This document shows, piece by piece, positions 17,210 through 28,657 of a stretch of 64,000 nt of DNA (position 1 is its first letter; each line of letters begins with the position of its first letter). The notes beneath the pieces were generated by a model that had not been told where the DNA came from, ran no database searches, and worked only from the letters and a program-made list of their open reading frames with translations. The DNA comes from Candidatus Sericytochromatia bacterium (lineage in GTDB: Bacteria > Cyanobacteriota > Sericytochromatia > S15B-MN24 > UBA4093). Both the position numbers and the translations under genes were made by a program. The DNA lies in NCBI GenBank assembly GCA_036676495.1, contig JAKFCT010000010.1:55939-119938 (forward strand). Direction: 5' to 3'.

Positions 17210-19266
17210 CCTTCGAGCGCTTCCGTGAGGGCCAGGGGATCGGTGACCGGCCGCTGGCAGGCGAATCGCTCGCAGACGTATGCGGCGGGCCGGCCCTCGA
17301 GTGGGGTTCGCCCCTCCAGCAAGGGAAGGCTCGCGCCATCTCCTGCCGTGTGGGCGATCGCCACTCCGGGCAGGTAGCGAAGCATCACCACCTTCAAGAG
17401 CGCCTGGGTCTCGGGAGCCTCGCGCGGGCCTGCCACCACGACCTCGCGGCTGCCGACGAGAAAATCGTCCACGATCGCCAGCATGGCCGGATAGGCCGAC
17501 GGGAACTTGCCGAGCGCCGACGAGAAAGCCTTGAGCGTTCCCTCGGCTTTCTCCCGGAAGTTCGATTCCCAGGTCAGGCTCGCCAGGCGCAAGAGGGCGT
17601 CGGCCGCCGCCGAGTTCCCGGAGGGAAGGGCATTGTCCATGGAGTCCTTGGTGCGCGCCTTCAGGAGCGGATCCTGATCGACTCCGGTGAAGTAGAAGCC
17701 CTCGTCCTCATGGTCCCAGAAGCGGGCGATCGCCTCCGCCATGAGGCCGCGCGCCTCCTTCACCCAGTAGGGATCGAACGTGACCTCGTAGAGATCGAGC
17801 AAGCCGCCGGCCAGGAAGGCGTAATCGTCGAGGAATCCCTCGATCGCAGCCTCGCCGTCCCGCCAGCGCCGCAGGAGGCCTCCCGGGGTCTTCATGCGAT
17901 CGAGCACGAAGCGGGCGGCGCGCTCCGCGCCTTCCCGGTAGCGCGGCTCCGAGAGGGCGCGCGCGGCATAGGCCATGGCACCGATCATCAGGCCGTTCCA
18001 GGACGTGAGGATCTTGTCGTCGAGGCCCGGACGAACCCGACGCTCGCGCGCCTCGAAGAGGCGCCGGCGCACGCGTTCCAGGCGCTCACCCACGTCGCGA
18101 AGGCTCATGTTGAACTCCGAGGCCAGGACCTCGGGAGTCGCCCCGACGTGCAGAACGGTCTCGCCGGAATGCTCGAAGTTGCCTTCCGGCGTCACGCCGT
18201 AGGCGCGCCTCGCAAAGGCGGCGTCGTCGCCCAGGACCTCGGAGAGTTGCTCGGGCGTCCAGACGTAGAAGGCGCCCTCCCGTCCCTCGGAATCGGCGTC
18301 TTCCGCCGAGAAGAACCCGCCTTCCGCATGGGTCATGTCGCGAAGCACGTAATCGAGCGTCTCGCGGGCTATCCGGGCGTGCTCGGGGTTTCCCGTCACC
18401 TGGTAGGCTTCGACGTACGCGCGGGCGAGGAGCGCGTTGTCGTAGAGCATCTTCTCGAAGTGAGGCACCTGCCAGAAGGCGTCCACCGAGTAGCGGGAGA
18501 AGCCGCCGCCCAGCTGGTCGTAGATTCCTCCACGCGCCATGGCCGTGAGGGTTTTCTCAACCATGACGAGCGATTGGCGATCGCCCCGGCGGACGGCCTG
18601 CCGCAGCAGGAGCGAGAAGATCATCGGGCGGGGAAACTTGGGAGCTTGACTGAAGCCGCCGTGGCGGGGATCGAACTGCTGCTTGAAGCTCGCCACCGCT
18701 TGCTCCACCAGGTGCACTCCCAGCGTTCCGGGACCGTGGCTGGCCTGATCCTGCTGGATGGCAGCCAGGATCTCGGAGCCCGAACGCTCGATCTCGTCGC
18801 GCTTGGTCTTCCAGACATTGTCGATGAGGCGGATCAAGCGCTTGAAGCTGGGGCGCCCATGGGCGTCCACGGGCGGGAAGTAGGTTCCAGCGAAGAAAGG
18901 CTTTCCTTCGGGGGTCATGAAGACCGTCATGGGCCAGCCTCCCTGGCCGGTCATCGCCTGAACGGCGGTCATGTAAAGGCTGTCGACGTCCGGGCGCTCC
19001 TCGCGGTCCACCTTGATGCTGACGGCGGTCTCGGCCAGCAGATCGGCGACTTCCTGGCTCTCGAAGGACTCATGCGCCATGACGTGGCACCAGTGGCACG
19101 TGGAGTAGCCCACGCTCAGGAAGATGGGTTTGTCCTCGCGCTTGGCCTTGTCGAAGGCCTCATCCCCCCACGGGTACCAGTCGACGGGATTGGTGGCATG
19201 CTGCTGCAAGTACGGTGATTTCGCGTGAATCAAGCGATTGGGATGGCGCCCCGCGTCGTTCGTCAT
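17206..19266 (-). CDS. thioredoxin-domain protein, YyaL/SSP411 family (DUF255)
   Basis: [39 protein letters not shown]. Confidence 0.95.
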   Translation of the reverse strand: MTNDAGRHPNRLIHAKSPYLQQHATNPVDWYPWGDEAFDKAKREDKPIFLSVGYSTCHWCHVMAHESFESQEVADLLAETAVSIKVDREERPDVDSLYMTAVQAMTGQGGWPMTVFMTPEGKPFFAGTYFPPVDAHGRPSFKRLIRLIDNVWKTKRDEIERSGSEILAAIQQDQASHGPGTLGVHLVEQAVASFKQQFDPRHGGFSQAPKFPRPMIFSLLLRQAVRRGDRQSLVMVEKTLTAMARGGIYDQLGGGFSRYSVDAFWQVPHFEKMLYDNALLARAYVEAYQVTGNPEHARIARETLDYVLRDMTHAEGGFFSAEDADSEGREGAFYVWTPEQLSEVLGDDAAFARRAYGVTPEGNFEHSGETVLHVGATPEVLASEFNMSLRDVGERLERVRRRLFEARERRVRPGLDDKILTSWNGLMIGAMAYAARALSEPRYREGAERAARFVLDRMKTPGGLLRRWRDGEAAIEGFLDDYAFLAGGLLDLYEVTFDPYWVKEARGLMAEAIARFWDHEDEGFYFTGVDQDPLLKARTKDSMDNALPSGNSAAADALLRLASLTWESNFREKAEGTLKAFSSALGKFPSAYPAMLAIVDDFLVGSREVVVAGPREAPETQALLKVVMLRYLPGVAIAHTAGDGASLPLLEGRTPLEGRPAAYVCERFACQRPVTDPLALTEALEG

Positions 19267-19408
19267 GAGCCCTCCTCCCCCGGACGAGCCCTCGCCCGAG
19301 CAATCCCTCGATCGTAGCCTCCCGGGCAGGTGCGGTCAACCAGAGGCATGATCGGCCAACGGCCGGGATCCTGGGAGAGGATCCCGGCCGTTGGCCGATG
19401 ATTTACCG

Positions 19409-20320
19409 TCAGGCGCAGGTGATGACGACGTTCCCCTTCTTGCGGCCTTGCTCGACGTACGCATGCGCCTCGGGGATCTGCTCCAGCGAATAGCGCCGGT
19501 CGATCACCGATTTGATCGCGCCCTGTTCCAACAGCTCGCCGAGGAAGATCAGGTCTTCGAGACGCTCCTTGGCAATCCCCTGCCCGTCGAGGGTCACGTA
19601 GGCTCCGTTCGGTGCAAGGGCTTTCAGGCAGCGGGATTTCTCGCACTTTCCGACCGCATCCATGACGAGGTCGTACTTCTGGGGCTGGGTCGAGAAGTCC
19701 TCCTGCGTGTAATCGATGACCGCATCGGCTCCCAGCGATCGCACCAGGTCCAGGTTGGCGGTACTGCAGACTCCGGTGACATGGGCCCCGAAGTGCTTGG
19801 CGAGTTGGACCGCGAAGGTTCCCACCGACCCGGACGCGCCGTAGACGAGGACCTTTTGGCCCTTGCTGATCTTGCCCTTCCTCAGGAAGTACAGCGCGGA
19901 GTTGGCCCCCACCGGCAGGGCGGCGGCTTGCTCGTAGCTCACCGTGGGCGGCTTGTGCACCACCATCCCGTTCTCCGGCAGGCAGGCGTACTCGGCATGC
20001 GCGCCGAAACGCAATCCCGTCAACGCGAAGACCTGATCCCCGGGCTTGAACCGGGTGACCTTCGCCCCGACGGCATCGACTTCCCCGGCGAGCTCGATCC
20101 CCAGGATCGGCTTTCTCGGTCGGCGAAGGCCCAGAACGAGACGCATGGGCAGCCACAGCAAGAGGGGACTGTCGAAGCCGCGCACTCTCAGGTCCCCGGC
20201 CGCCACGGTCGTCGCATGAACCTTCACCCGGATTTCATGGTCCTTGGGAGTCGGCTTCTCGACTTCCTGGAGGCGAAGCACCTCGGGGGGGCCGTAGTTC
20301 GTACAAACGATCGCTTTCAT
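19409..20320 (-). CDS. NAD(P)-dependent alcohol dehydrogenase / quinone oxidoreductase (MDR family)
   Basis: [28 protein letters not shown]. Confidence 0.9.
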   Translation of the reverse strand: MKAIVCTNYGPPEVLRLQEVEKPTPKDHEIRVKVHATTVAAGDLRVRGFDSPLLLWLPMRLVLGLRRPRKPILGIELAGEVDAVGAKVTRFKPGDQVFALTGLRFGAHAEYACLPENGMVVHKPPTVSYEQAAALPVGANSALYFLRKGKISKGQKVLVYGASGSVGTFAVQLAKHFGAHVTGVCSTANLDLVRSLGADAVIDYTQEDFSTQPQKYDLVMDAVGKCEKSRCLKALAPNGAYVTLDGQGIAKERLEDLIFLGELLEQGAIKSVIDRRYSLEQIPEAHAYVEQGRKKGNVVITCA

Positions 20321-20598
20321 CAGGAATCCTCCGTGTCTGCCGTCGAGGCTGAGCGGGTACTTTCGGCGCAAGTGACCGAGCGCAAGGGCAGGGCGAGATC
20401 GCGCACTTTTCTCAGCACGCCATGCAAGGCGGCCTGATCCGGCAAAGGGCCGGTCAAACGCGTGTCGCCATCGGCTTCCAGCGTGATGGTAAGGCCGTCG
20501 AACCAGTCCGTCCATTGACGGCCCAGGTGGCCCTTGATCCGGATTTCCCAGATCGTCCCCTCGCCTGAACCTGTGTTGGGTTGTCCGTCCTCTGCCAT
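20320..20598 (-). CDS. conserved small protein associated with MalT-like regulators
   Basis: [27 protein letters not shown] motif; stop overlaps the next ATG. Confidence 0.7.
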   Translation of the reverse strand: MAEDGQPNTGSGEGTIWEIRIKGHLGRQWTDWFDGLTITLEADGDTRLTGPLPDQAALHGVLRKVRDLALPLRSVTCAESTRSASTADTEDS

Positions 20599-20704
20599 GG
20601 TGCGGCCCTCTTCTTGGTCCGTCCGACCAAGTGCTCTCGTTACGAGCAGTATAGAGGCGCCCCCTGGGGCTCGTAAGACACTTTGGTGTGGAGTTGCGCG
20701 CGCC

Positions 20705-22813
20705 TTACAAGAGCTTGAGCTCGCGGGCGCGGGCGACCGCTTCCGTGCGCCGCTGGACCTGTAGTTTGTCGAAGAGGGTGCGGTTGTAGCCTTTGACCGT
20801 GTCGAGGGCGAGGAAGAGCTGCTCGCCGATCTCCCGGTTCGAGTGCCCCCGGGCGATGAGGCGCAGGATTTCCAGTTCGCGCGCGCTGAGCGGCTCGAGA
20901 AGCGCCGCCGCTTCCCGCGCCCGGATCACCTGGGCGAGGACCTCCTCGCACGCCGAGAACCGGTCGGTGCTCTCCAGGTGCCGTGCCAGCTGGGCTCCCT
21001 GCCGGGCGTGACGCTCCGCGGCATCCAGGTCGTTCCAAGCGACGCTGATCCGGGCCAGGCCGAGGTGCGCTTCACAGACGACCGGCAGCGGCGACTCTCC
21101 CGCCAGGTCCAAGACGCGCCGGTAGGTCTGAGCCGCCTGTTCGAGCTTGTTCTCCGCCTCGTCGAGGCGGCCGAGCCCAGTCGATGCCCCGAGCGTAATC
21201 ACGATGTGGCCGATCGCCTGGCTGTTCGAGAGGGCTTCGCTATAGGCCCGGCGCGCCTCGGCGCGCTCCCCCTGGAGCTCATAGGCATGACCGAGCGTCC
21301 AGGCCGTGGCCGTGCGGACCGGCAAGTTGCCGGGATGCAGGTACTCCAGCGCCCGCTGGGATTGGTGGAGGATGGTCTCTGCCTCATGCCGGGTGATGGC
21401 CAGCGTGGCCCGGATGGAGGCGATATGGCCGATCAGATCCCGGATCCGCTCGTCCAGCAGAGCGCCTTCCAGCGCGGCTTCGGCGGCTTGCAGCTTCGGC
21501 TCGACGCCGGGCATTTGCCCGACGAAGAGCAGGGCCGACGCGTACATGACCCACAATGAGGGGCTAGCATTCAGATCCGCCGCCGGCAGCGACGCCAGCC
21601 AGCTCAAGACCGGAGCCACCGCGCCGCGGAAGTGCAGCGGCATCCCCTCTCCTTCCACCAGACGCGTGGCGCGCGGCAGGTCATGCGCGGCGGCCGCGTG
21701 CCGGAACGCGTCGAGCTCCATCCCGTTCTCCTCGAACCAGACGCTGGCCCGCCGATGGTACGCGGCCACGCTCCCCTCCTCGCCGCTTTTGGGGGCGCTC
21801 TGGAGCAGCCGCTGCCGCAGCAACTCTGCGAAGAGGTGATGATACCGGTACCAGCGCCGCTCGTCGTCCAGGGGGACGATGAAGAGATTGGCGTGTTCGA
21901 GGACGTTCAAGGTCTCCTGGCCGCCGTCCCGGCCCAGGACCGCCTCGCAAAGGGGAGCGCAGATGCGATCGAGGATCGAGGTCGCGAGCAAGAAGGCCTG
22001 GAGATGTTCGGGCTGGCGCTGAAGGACTTCCTCCACCAGGTAGTCCAGGACGAAGCGATGGCTGCCGGTGAAGGACGCGATGAAGCCGGCGGGATCCTGA
22101 TGCCCCCGCATGGAAATCGCCGCCAGTTGCAAGCCGGCAATCCAGCCCTCGGTGCGGGTTTCAAGGAGCGCGACGGCTTCCGGCGACAGGTCGAGGCCCA
22201 TGGCCTGGTTGAGGAAGGCGGCTGCTTCGGCCTGGGTGAAGCGCAGGTCCTCGGCGCGAAGCTCGGCCAGCTGATCCCGGACCCTCATGCGTGCGAGAGG
22301 CAGTTGCGGATCCTCGCGGGTGGCGATGACCAGGTGCAGCTGAGGAGGCAGGTGTTCGAGCAGAAAGGTCAGGACCTGATCGACCGGCTGCGCGTCAATC
22401 ACGTGGTAATCGTCAAGGACGAGCAAGCCCTCGATCGGGAGGGTGGTCATCTCGTTGATCAAGGCCGTCAGCACCCCCTCGAGGGAGGGCGGCAAGGGGG
22501 ATTGGAGCTGACCCATCACGCCGCTGCCGAATCCCTCCACGAGCGTTTGCATGGCCGCGACGAGGTAAGTCAGGAAGCGGATGGGGTCGTTATCCCCTTC
22601 GTCCAGCGAGAGCCATGCGGCCGGCCTCCCGCAGGCGGCCAGCCATTCGCTGACCAGGGTGGATTTGCCGAAGCCCGCGGAGGCGGAGAGGAGCGTCAGT
22701 TTACGGTGCAGGCCCGCGTTGAGGCCCGCGTTGAGGCGCGCGACGAGGTGGGGACGAGGGACCGCCTGGGGGCGGGGCGCCGGGACATGCAGCTTGGTGG
22801 CTAAAACCGGCAT
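20705..22813 (-). CDS. MalT-like LuxR family transcriptional regulator
   Basis: TKLHVP, SAGFGKST P-loop, WLSLDEGDND, C-terminal LSARELEIL..SNREI HTH. Confidence 0.92.
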   Translation of the reverse strand: MPVLATKLHVPAPRPQAVPRPHLVARLNAGLNAGLHRKLTLLSASAGFGKSTLVSEWLAACGRPAAWLSLDEGDNDPIRFLTYLVAAMQTLVEGFGSGVMGQLQSPLPPSLEGVLTALINEMTTLPIEGLLVLDDYHVIDAQPVDQVLTFLLEHLPPQLHLVIATREDPQLPLARMRVRDQLAELRAEDLRFTQAEAAAFLNQAMGLDLSPEAVALLETRTEGWIAGLQLAAISMRGHQDPAGFIASFTGSHRFVLDYLVEEVLQRQPEHLQAFLLATSILDRICAPLCEAVLGRDGGQETLNVLEHANLFIVPLDDERRWYRYHHLFAELLRQRLLQSAPKSGEEGSVAAYHRRASVWFEENGMELDAFRHAAAAHDLPRATRLVEGEGMPLHFRGAVAPVLSWLASLPAADLNASPSLWVMYASALLFVGQMPGVEPKLQAAEAALEGALLDERIRDLIGHIASIRATLAITRHEAETILHQSQRALEYLHPGNLPVRTATAWTLGHAYELQGERAEARRAYSEALSNSQAIGHIVITLGASTGLGRLDEAENKLEQAAQTYRRVLDLAGESPLPVVCEAHLGLARISVAWNDLDAAERHARQGAQLARHLESTDRFSACEEVLAQVIRAREAAALLEPLSARELEILRLIARGHSNREIGEQLFLALDTVKGYNRTLFDKLQVQRRTEAVARARELKLL

Positions 22814-22868
22814 CGCCGTCCTTTCCTCCGTGGTCGTTCGTCGTGCGTCACCGGTCGGGGTGCGCGGT

Positions 22869-23723
22869 TCAACGACGGAGCCAAGCGAGCAACTGGGCCT
22901 CGAAGGCCGCGGCCTGCTCCTGCATGGGGTTGTGCCCGCTCTGCTCGAAGACGACCTTGGTGACATGGGGGCAGCGCTCGTCGACCGCATCCCACAGGGA
23001 GACGGGCCCCACCAGGTAGTCATGACGCCCGAGTCCCAAGAAGACCGGCTTATCCAGGTGCGGGAGGCGGTCCAGCAGATTGAGCTGCCCGAAGGCCTCA
23101 CCCCAGAGACGGTCGATGATCGGCATGGTCATGCGCACTCCCTCCCAGAGGGGCGCGCCGTCCGTCATGAAGTCATGGAAGGCGAGGGCTCCCATCCGGG
23201 TGACCACGTGCGCAAAGCGCCGATGCGGCTCCCGCTCGAAATCTCCGGGAAGCAAGGCCATCTCCGCCTCGAAGTGGCGCTTGCGCTCGGCGCTCGCATT
23301 CGCGTCGAAGAAGGCGAAACTCTGCTGCTGGCGCTCCGGGGAGTTGGTCGGAGCCGTGTTGAGCAAGATTAGGCCCCGCACATGCTCCGGATACCTCAAG
23401 GCGTACTCGACGGCCATGAAGGCGTGCCCCGAATGGCCCAAGACGAGGACGTCGTCGAGCCCCAGGGCTTGCCGCATGACCTCGACGTCCTCGATGACCC
23501 GCTCCAGCAGGGCAGGGCCTTCGGGGAGGTCGGGATCGGGGGAGGGCGATTCGGAGAAGCCGCGGTGATCGAGGTAGACCCAGCGCACGGCCCTGGAGAG
23601 ATCGGGGGCGAAGAGCCGGGGGTAGTAGCGGGCACTTCCGATGACGAGGATCGTCGGACCCTCGCCCTCGATGCGATAGGCCAGCGGAAATCCGTCGATG
23701 GTGATGACCCCGTGATCCGGCAT
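22869..23723 (-). CDS. alpha/beta hydrolase (proline iminopeptidase-like)
   Basis: DHRG, GHSGH nucleophile, GRHD, SGHNP; GGAGGG RBS. Confidence 0.85.
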   Translation of the reverse strand: MPDHGVITIDGFPLAYRIEGEGPTILVIGSARYYPRLFAPDLSRAVRWVYLDHRGFSESPSPDPDLPEGPALLERVIEDVEVMRQALGLDDVLVLGHSGHAFMAVEYALRYPEHVRGLILLNTAPTNSPERQQQSFAFFDANASAERKRHFEAEMALLPGDFEREPHRRFAHVVTRMGALAFHDFMTDGAPLWEGVRMTMPIIDRLWGEAFGQLNLLDRLPHLDKPVFLGLGRHDYLVGPVSLWDAVDERCPHVTKVVFEQSGHNPMQEQAAAFEAQLLAWLRR

Positions 23724-23928
23724 CGCCCCTCCTGAGTGATGGCTGCGCCCCATTCGACCGAAGGCCCCGTGCCTCCGGAGGGAAATGCGCGCCATTCCGG
23801 ATCGTAGCCCCCGGCGGGGATCCCGGTCAACCACCCGCCGGGTTTGACAGGTGGAAACCCGTCTGGTTTGATGCTACAGCCCCAATGCCATTGAATACGC
23901 CCCCCGCAGCCTTCGAAGGTGAGGAAAG

Positions 23929-24768
23929 ATGAACCGTCGCGACCTCGAAACCGGCATGGAGCTCGACCTGCGCGAGCGGATGAGCTACGGAGGCTACCTC
24001 TGCCTCGACCAGTTGCTCTCGGCCCAGCGCCCGTTGAGCGAGCACCACGACGAGATGCTCTTCATCATCCAACATCAGACCTCGGAGCTGTGGATGAAGC
24101 TGATCCTGCATGAGTTGAAGGGGGCGATCGCCTCCATCCAGGCCGACCAGCTCGATCCGTGCTTCAAGATCCTCACCCGGGTCAAGAACATCCAGGCCCA
24201 GCTCTTCGACCAGTGGGCGGTGCTCGCGACGCTCACCCCCAGCGAGTATGCGCAGTTCCGCGGGGCGCTCGGGCCCGCCTCGGGCTTCCAGTCGGCCCAG
24301 TACCGCGCCATCGAGTTCATGCTCGGCAACAAGAACGCCGCCACCCTCGAGGTCTTCAAGCACGACCCCGAGGTGATGGCCGAGCTGCAGGCCGTCCTCG
24401 AGGCCCCCAGCCTCTACGACGAGTTCCTGCTCCACCTGCACCGCCGCGGCTTCGCGGTTCCCGAGGCATGCCTCTCCCGGGACTGGTCCCAGCCCTACGA
24501 GCGCCATGAAGGCTTGATTCCGGTCTTCAAGCAAATCTACGAATCCCCGGACGGGCACTGGGACGCCTACGAGATGTGCGAGAAGCTGGTCGACATCGAG
24601 GATCAGTTCCAGCTCTGGCGCTTCCGGCACATGCGGACCGTCCAGCGCACCATCGGGTTCAAGCGCGGGACCGGCGGCTCCTCGGGAGTGGCCTTCCTGA
24701 AGCGGGCCCTCGAGCTCACGTTCTTCCCCGAGCTCTTCGACGTCCGCACGGAGATCGGCCAGCCGTGA
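23929..24768 (+). CDS. kynA: tryptophan 2,3-dioxygenase
   Basis: [34 protein letters not shown]. Confidence 0.97.
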   Translation: MNRRDLETGMELDLRERMSYGGYLCLDQLLSAQRPLSEHHDEMLFIIQHQTSELWMKLILHELKGAIASIQADQLDPCFKILTRVKNIQAQLFDQWAVLATLTPSEYAQFRGALGPASGFQSAQYRAIEFMLGNKNAATLEVFKHDPEVMAELQAVLEAPSLYDEFLLHLHRRGFAVPEACLSRDWSQPYERHEGLIPVFKQIYESPDGHWDAYEMCEKLVDIEDQFQLWRFRHMRTVQRTIGFKRGTGGSSGVAFLKRALELTFFPELFDVRTEIGQP

Positions 24769-26045
24769 TCCGCCCGACCTTCCAGGCCCTGGCCGCGGCG
24801 CTGCGGGGCCCCGACCCGACGCGGGAAGCCCCCCTCACCGAAGAGAACCTGCGCACGCACGTGCACCCGCTCTTCTCGCGCGTGCTCGCCCGCGACGAGA
24901 TCTACCTGGCCAACCACTCGCTGGGCCGCCCGCTCGACGTCACCGCGAACGACGTCCAGGAAGCCCTGGACCTCTGGTACCGGGACCTGGACGGGGCCTG
25001 GGAGGCATGGCTGGACGAGATCCAGGCCTTCCGAAGCCGGACGGCCGCGCTGATCGGCGCGCCGCGGCCGGATTGCATCGCCCCCAAGACCAGCGCCGGG
25101 CAAGGGCTGCGCACCGTTCTCAACGCCAGCTCCAGTGGGGCCAGCCCCAGAGGGGCGAACCCGAGTGGGGCGAGCCCCCGAGGCTTGCGGGTGGTGACCA
25201 CCCGCGGCGAGTTCGATTCCATCGACTTCATCCTCAAGGTCTACGCCCAGCAGGGCCTCATCGACCTGAAGGTGGTCGAGCCGGATGCGGCGGGGCGCTT
25301 CCATGCGGACGCGCTCCTGGACGCGCTGGGATCCGAGCCGGGCCTGATCGTGGTCTCGATGGTCATGTTCGGCACCGGTCAGGTGGTCTCGGGGCTCGAT
25401 GCGTTCATCGCGCAGGCGCATGCGCGCGGGGCGCGGGTGCTGCTGGATCTCTACCATGCCGTGGGGGTCTTGCCCGTGGATCTTACGGCCCTGGACGCGG
25501 ACTTCGCCATCGGAGGATCTTACAAGTACCTGCGGGGCGGAACCGGTGCCTGCTGGCTCTACCTGCACCCGCGCCACCTGGACGGCAGCATGGTGCCGCT
25601 GGATACCGGCTGGTTCGCCAAGCAGGAGCCGTTCGGCTACGAGCGCCACGACCCTCCCCGCTTCGGGCCGGGGGGGGACGCCTTCCTGGAGTCCACCCCC
25701 CCGATTCTCCCCTTCTACCAGGCGCGTGCCGGTCAAGAGTTCACGCTCGCTCTCGGCATCCCGCGCCTTCGCGCATACTCGTTGACGCAGCAGCGGGAGC
25801 TGGTCTCCGCGCTGCAGGCCGAGGGCATTCCCGCCGTGGGTGGGCGCGAGGATCACGGCGCCTTCGTGGTGGTCACGCATGCCGAGGCTCCCGCGCTCGC
25901 CAAGCGATTGAAAGCCGAGGGCATCAACACCGATGCGCGGGGCCGCTCGCTCAGGCTCTGCCCCGACCTGCTCACTTCCTCCGAGGATCTGCGCAAAGCC
26001 GCGCGCCGCCTGGCTCAGGCCTGGCATGGGATAACAATCGGTTAG
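24765..26045 (+). CDS. kynU: kynureninase-like PLP enzyme (aminotransferase class V)
   Basis: [22 protein letters not shown]; GTGA overlap with kynA. Confidence 0.75.
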   Translation: MIRPTFQALAAALRGPDPTREAPLTEENLRTHVHPLFSRVLARDEIYLANHSLGRPLDVTANDVQEALDLWYRDLDGAWEAWLDEIQAFRSRTAALIGAPRPDCIAPKTSAGQGLRTVLNASSSGASPRGANPSGASPRGLRVVTTRGEFDSIDFILKVYAQQGLIDLKVVEPDAAGRFHADALLDALGSEPGLIVVSMVMFGTGQVVSGLDAFIAQAHARGARVLLDLYHAVGVLPVDLTALDADFAIGGSYKYLRGGTGACWLYLHPRHLDGSMVPLDTGWFAKQEPFGYERHDPPRFGPGGDAFLESTPPILPFYQARAGQEFTLALGIPRLRAYSLTQQRELVSALQAEGIPAVGGREDHGAFVVVTHAEAPALAKRLKAEGINTDARGRSLRLCPDLLTSSEDLRKAARRLAQAWHGITIG

Positions 26046-26290
26046 GTTTCTTTAGAATGCTTAGAGAAGCGACGAAACGGGCCGGCTGAGGGCGACTCCC
26101 GGATCCGAAACCGGGTCTCGCGCCCCCCGCGCGGCATGTGGCCGATGTAAACTCGGTGACAACTCAGCGACGGGCCAAACAGCCTGCTTGCTTAATATTG
26201 TTGCGGTTTGTAGGCCCTTCTAAGGGCGATCGAAAGGCTCTAGAATCCTCCTTGTGGACGTGATCTCGGACGTCAGAAGGGAAGGACGCC

Positions 26291-26599
26291 ATGGATAACT
26301 GCAACTCCAGCAACCCCTCCAAGCCTACCCGCGGCCGCAAGCCCGCTTCGACCCCCAAGCCCCGCCGGAAGACCACCAAAAAGGCGGCAGCACCGGACTT
26401 CAACGTCGGGCAGGTCCATCTGCTCCTCGATCTGATGAAAGAATTCGCCTCGGACCTCGAAGCTCCGTCGTTCGAGGAGGATGGGGACATCGAGCTGACC
26501 CTGACCTCGGAAATGCCGGGCCTCGAAGCCTTCGTGCAGTTCAAGCTCGAGAACCTCCGGCGCCAGCAGGACGTGCTCGAAGCCCTGTGGAACTTGTAA
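26291..26599 (+). CDS. hypothetical protein (basic N-terminus, acidic C-terminus)
   Basis: AAGGA RBS, host-like codon usage, followed by a terminator. Confidence 0.55.
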   Translation: MDNCNSSNPSKPTRGRKPASTPKPRRKTTKKAAAPDFNVGQVHLLLDLMKEFASDLEAPSFEEDGDIELTLTSEMPGLEAFVQFKLENLRRQQDVLEALWNL

Positions 26600-26607
26600 G
26601 CCGCTAT

Positions 26608-26644
26608 CGAAGGGCCCCCGGGAAGCGTTCCCGGGGGCCCTTCG
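26608..26644. terminator. bidirectional hairpin terminator
   Basis: cgaagggcccccgggaa-gcg-ttcccgggggcccttcg perfect inverted repeat between convergent genes. Confidence 0.8.
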
Positions 26645-26682
26645 CGTCGGGTGGCGCCGGCGGCTCGGGCGACGATAGACCG

Positions 26683-27483
26683 TCAGAAGAGGCGTTTGAG
26701 GAAGGCCGTCAGCGCCTCCCAGGAGCGCTGATCCGCCTTCTCGTTGTAGGCCGCTCCCTTGGAGGGGTCGTTGCCCGCAGCGGGGTTGGTGAAGGAGTGA
26801 ACGGCCCCGCCGTAGGAATTCATCTGCCAATCGACCTTCGCGCTTCGCATCTCCGCCTGGAAGGCGCTCACCTCCGCGGGGGGCACGAACGGATCGTCGG
26901 CACCGTGGAGACTCAGGACCTGCCCCTTGATGTTGCGAGCATCGGCGGGATTGGGAGTGTCCAGGTTGCCATGGAAGCTCACGGTCCCCCGCAGGGGGGC
27001 GCCACTACGGGCCAATTCCAAGGCGACGCCGCCTCCGAAGCAGTACCCCATCGCCGCGAGCTGGGTCCCGTCCACCCGCGGGTGAGTCCTCAAGGCCTCG
27101 AGCCCTGCCTGAGCCCGCGCGCGCATCAAGGCTCGATCCTGGCGCAGCGCGGTTGCCCACTGCGCCGCCTCCTTGGCATCCTTGGCCGTCCGCCCCTCAC
27201 CGTACATGTCGGCGGCGAGCGCCACGTAGCCCAGTTTCGCCACCGCTTCGGCCTTCTGGCGGGTCAGCGGGACCAGCCCCATCCATTCATGGACGACCAG
27301 GACGCCGGGACGGCGCCCTGGTAGCGCATCGTCGTAGACCAGGTCCCCGCGAAAGGTCTGACCGGCATGCTGGTAGGTCACGGGCTCGTGCTTGATGGCC
27401 GCCGCCGCGGGAGCGGCGTGGGCAGCGACGAGAAGCGGGGCCACGAGAAACGGGGCAAATCGAAGCGGCTTCAAACGCGACAT
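26683..27483 (-). CDS. dienelactone hydrolase family protein, secreted
   Basis: HEWMG, GYCFGG, HGADDP, GAVHSF; signal peptide. Confidence 0.92.
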   Translation of the reverse strand: MSRLKPLRFAPFLVAPLLVAAHAAPAAAAIKHEPVTYQHAGQTFRGDLVYDDALPGRRPGVLVVHEWMGLVPLTRQKAEAVAKLGYVALAADMYGEGRTAKDAKEAAQWATALRQDRALMRARAQAGLEALRTHPRVDGTQLAAMGYCFGGGVALELARSGAPLRGTVSFHGNLDTPNPADARNIKGQVLSLHGADDPFVPPAEVSAFQAEMRSAKVDWQMNSYGGAVHSFTNPAAGNDPSKGAAYNEKADQRSWEALTAFLKRLF

Positions 27484-27592
27484 GGCGATCCTCCGATGAA
27501 CATGGAAGCGAACGGTCCAAGCTCGGTATACGGCATGACGACTCCCGGAGCAAGGTCGCGTTAGACCCGTGGGGGCGAGGGGTAGATAGATA

Positions 27593-27610
27593 ATTAGCCA
27601 AACGTCTAAA
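27593..27610. promoter_or_regulatory. putative ArsR/SdpR operator
   Basis: TTAG-N8-CTAA inverted repeat in an AT-rich patch just upstream of the repressor gene. Confidence 0.5.
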
Positions 27611-27631
27611 TGCTAGATGATGGGAGCAGCC

Positions 27632-27940
27632 ATGTCCCAAACCTCGGTATTCAAGGCCCTTGCCGATCCCACGCGACGGCAGATCCTGTCCCGCCTCAAG
27701 GCAGGCCCTCTGAGCGCGGGGCAGATCGCCGACGGCTTCGCCATGTCCAAGCCCTCGATCTCCCACCACTTGAGCCTGCTCAAGGCCGCGGAGCTCATCG
27801 TGAGTGAAAAAGACGGCCAATTCCTGATCTACTCGCTCAACCTGTCGGTCTTCGAGGAAGTCGCCGCCGCCATGTTCGAACTCTTTGCGACTCCCCCCCT
27901 TCCCGAGATCCCCAAGAAAGGAGCGCCCCATGAAGCCTGA
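27632..27940 (+). CDS. ArsR/SdpR family transcriptional repressor
   Basis: FKALADPTRRQIL, SKPSISHHL, YSLNLSVFEE. Confidence 0.9.
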   Translation: MSQTSVFKALADPTRRQILSRLKAGPLSAGQIADGFAMSKPSISHHLSLLKAAELIVSEKDGQFLIYSLNLSVFEEVAAAMFELFATPPLPEIPKKGAPHEA

Positions 27941-28655
27941 CCGCGCCAAACTCGCGCTGCCGCTCGGCTTGCTCGGCCTGAACGTCGCCATCAGCCTCGG
28001 CTTCTTGCTCGGCGGCAAGCTGCCCGACCCGGCACCCGCGGGCTTCTGGATCGACGGTTCGGTGCTCTCCGAAGCTCCCGCCTGGGTGGTGGCCTTCCGG
28101 TTGCCCATGATCATGGCCGTGCTGCTCCTCAGCATCGGAGCGGCCCTCAAGTGGGACCCGCGCTTCTCCGCCCCGCAGCGGCGCCGCAGAGGCGCCTGGG
28201 GGGCCGCCACCAACATCGTCCTGGCCGTGGGCTGCCTCGGGAACTTCAACTATCTTTCAGCGGCTTCAGCGGGCGCCTTCCTCATGACGCCCCTGCACGT
28301 GATCCCCTTGGGGCTCCTGCTAATCGGCGTCGGCAACGTCGTCGCCAAGAGCGCCAGCAATGGCTTCTGGGGGCTCCACACCCCCTGGACCCGCCAGCAT
28401 GAATCCGTGGAACGTCGAACCAACCGGCTCCTCGGAATCCTTTGGATGCTCGAAGGCCTGGGACTCGTTCTGGCCAGCCCGTTCATCGGGGACGCCACCT
28501 CCTGGGTCGCTTCCTGGGCGGCTCTCGGCGCGGGAGGCTATCTGGCCCTGACGGGCGTGGCGATCGTCCTTCTCGCCTTCTTGCCAATCGGCATCGCCGC
28601 GTTGGCCTCCTACCAGTTCGCCAAGCAAGCGCCCACGCCGGCTGTGGTGGACTGA
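27930..28655 (+). CDS. SdpI/YfhL family membrane immunity protein
   Basis: Multi-TM; NGFWGLHTPWT..W/E..TNR motif; coupled to the SdpR-like gene. Confidence 0.75.
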   Translation: MKPDRAKLALPLGLLGLNVAISLGFLLGGKLPDPAPAGFWIDGSVLSEAPAWVVAFRLPMIMAVLLLSIGAALKWDPRFSAPQRRRRGAWGAATNIVLAVGCLGNFNYLSAASAGAFLMTPLHVIPLGLLLIGVGNVVAKSASNGFWGLHTPWTRQHESVERRTNRLLGILWMLEGLGLVLASPFIGDATSWVASWAALGAGGYLALTGVAIVLLAFLPIGIAALASYQFAKQAPTPAVVD

Positions 28656-28657
28656 CC

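Noticed and set aside
14635-19218. Long ORFs 14635-16602(-) and 16492-19218(+), and similar ones such as 50117-53032(-) and 61381-63258(+)
   Set aside because: Antisense or alternate-frame shadows of well-supported genes, as expected from high-GC codon bias; no recognisable motifs.
22712-22740. 12-nt tandem duplication in the MalT-like gene (LNAG x2)
   Set aside because: In-frame slippage duplication with no evident functional consequence.
27632-28655. SdpR-SdpI pair as part of a cannibalism toxin locus
   Set aside because: No sdpABC-like genes nearby; orphan SdpRI pairs are common.
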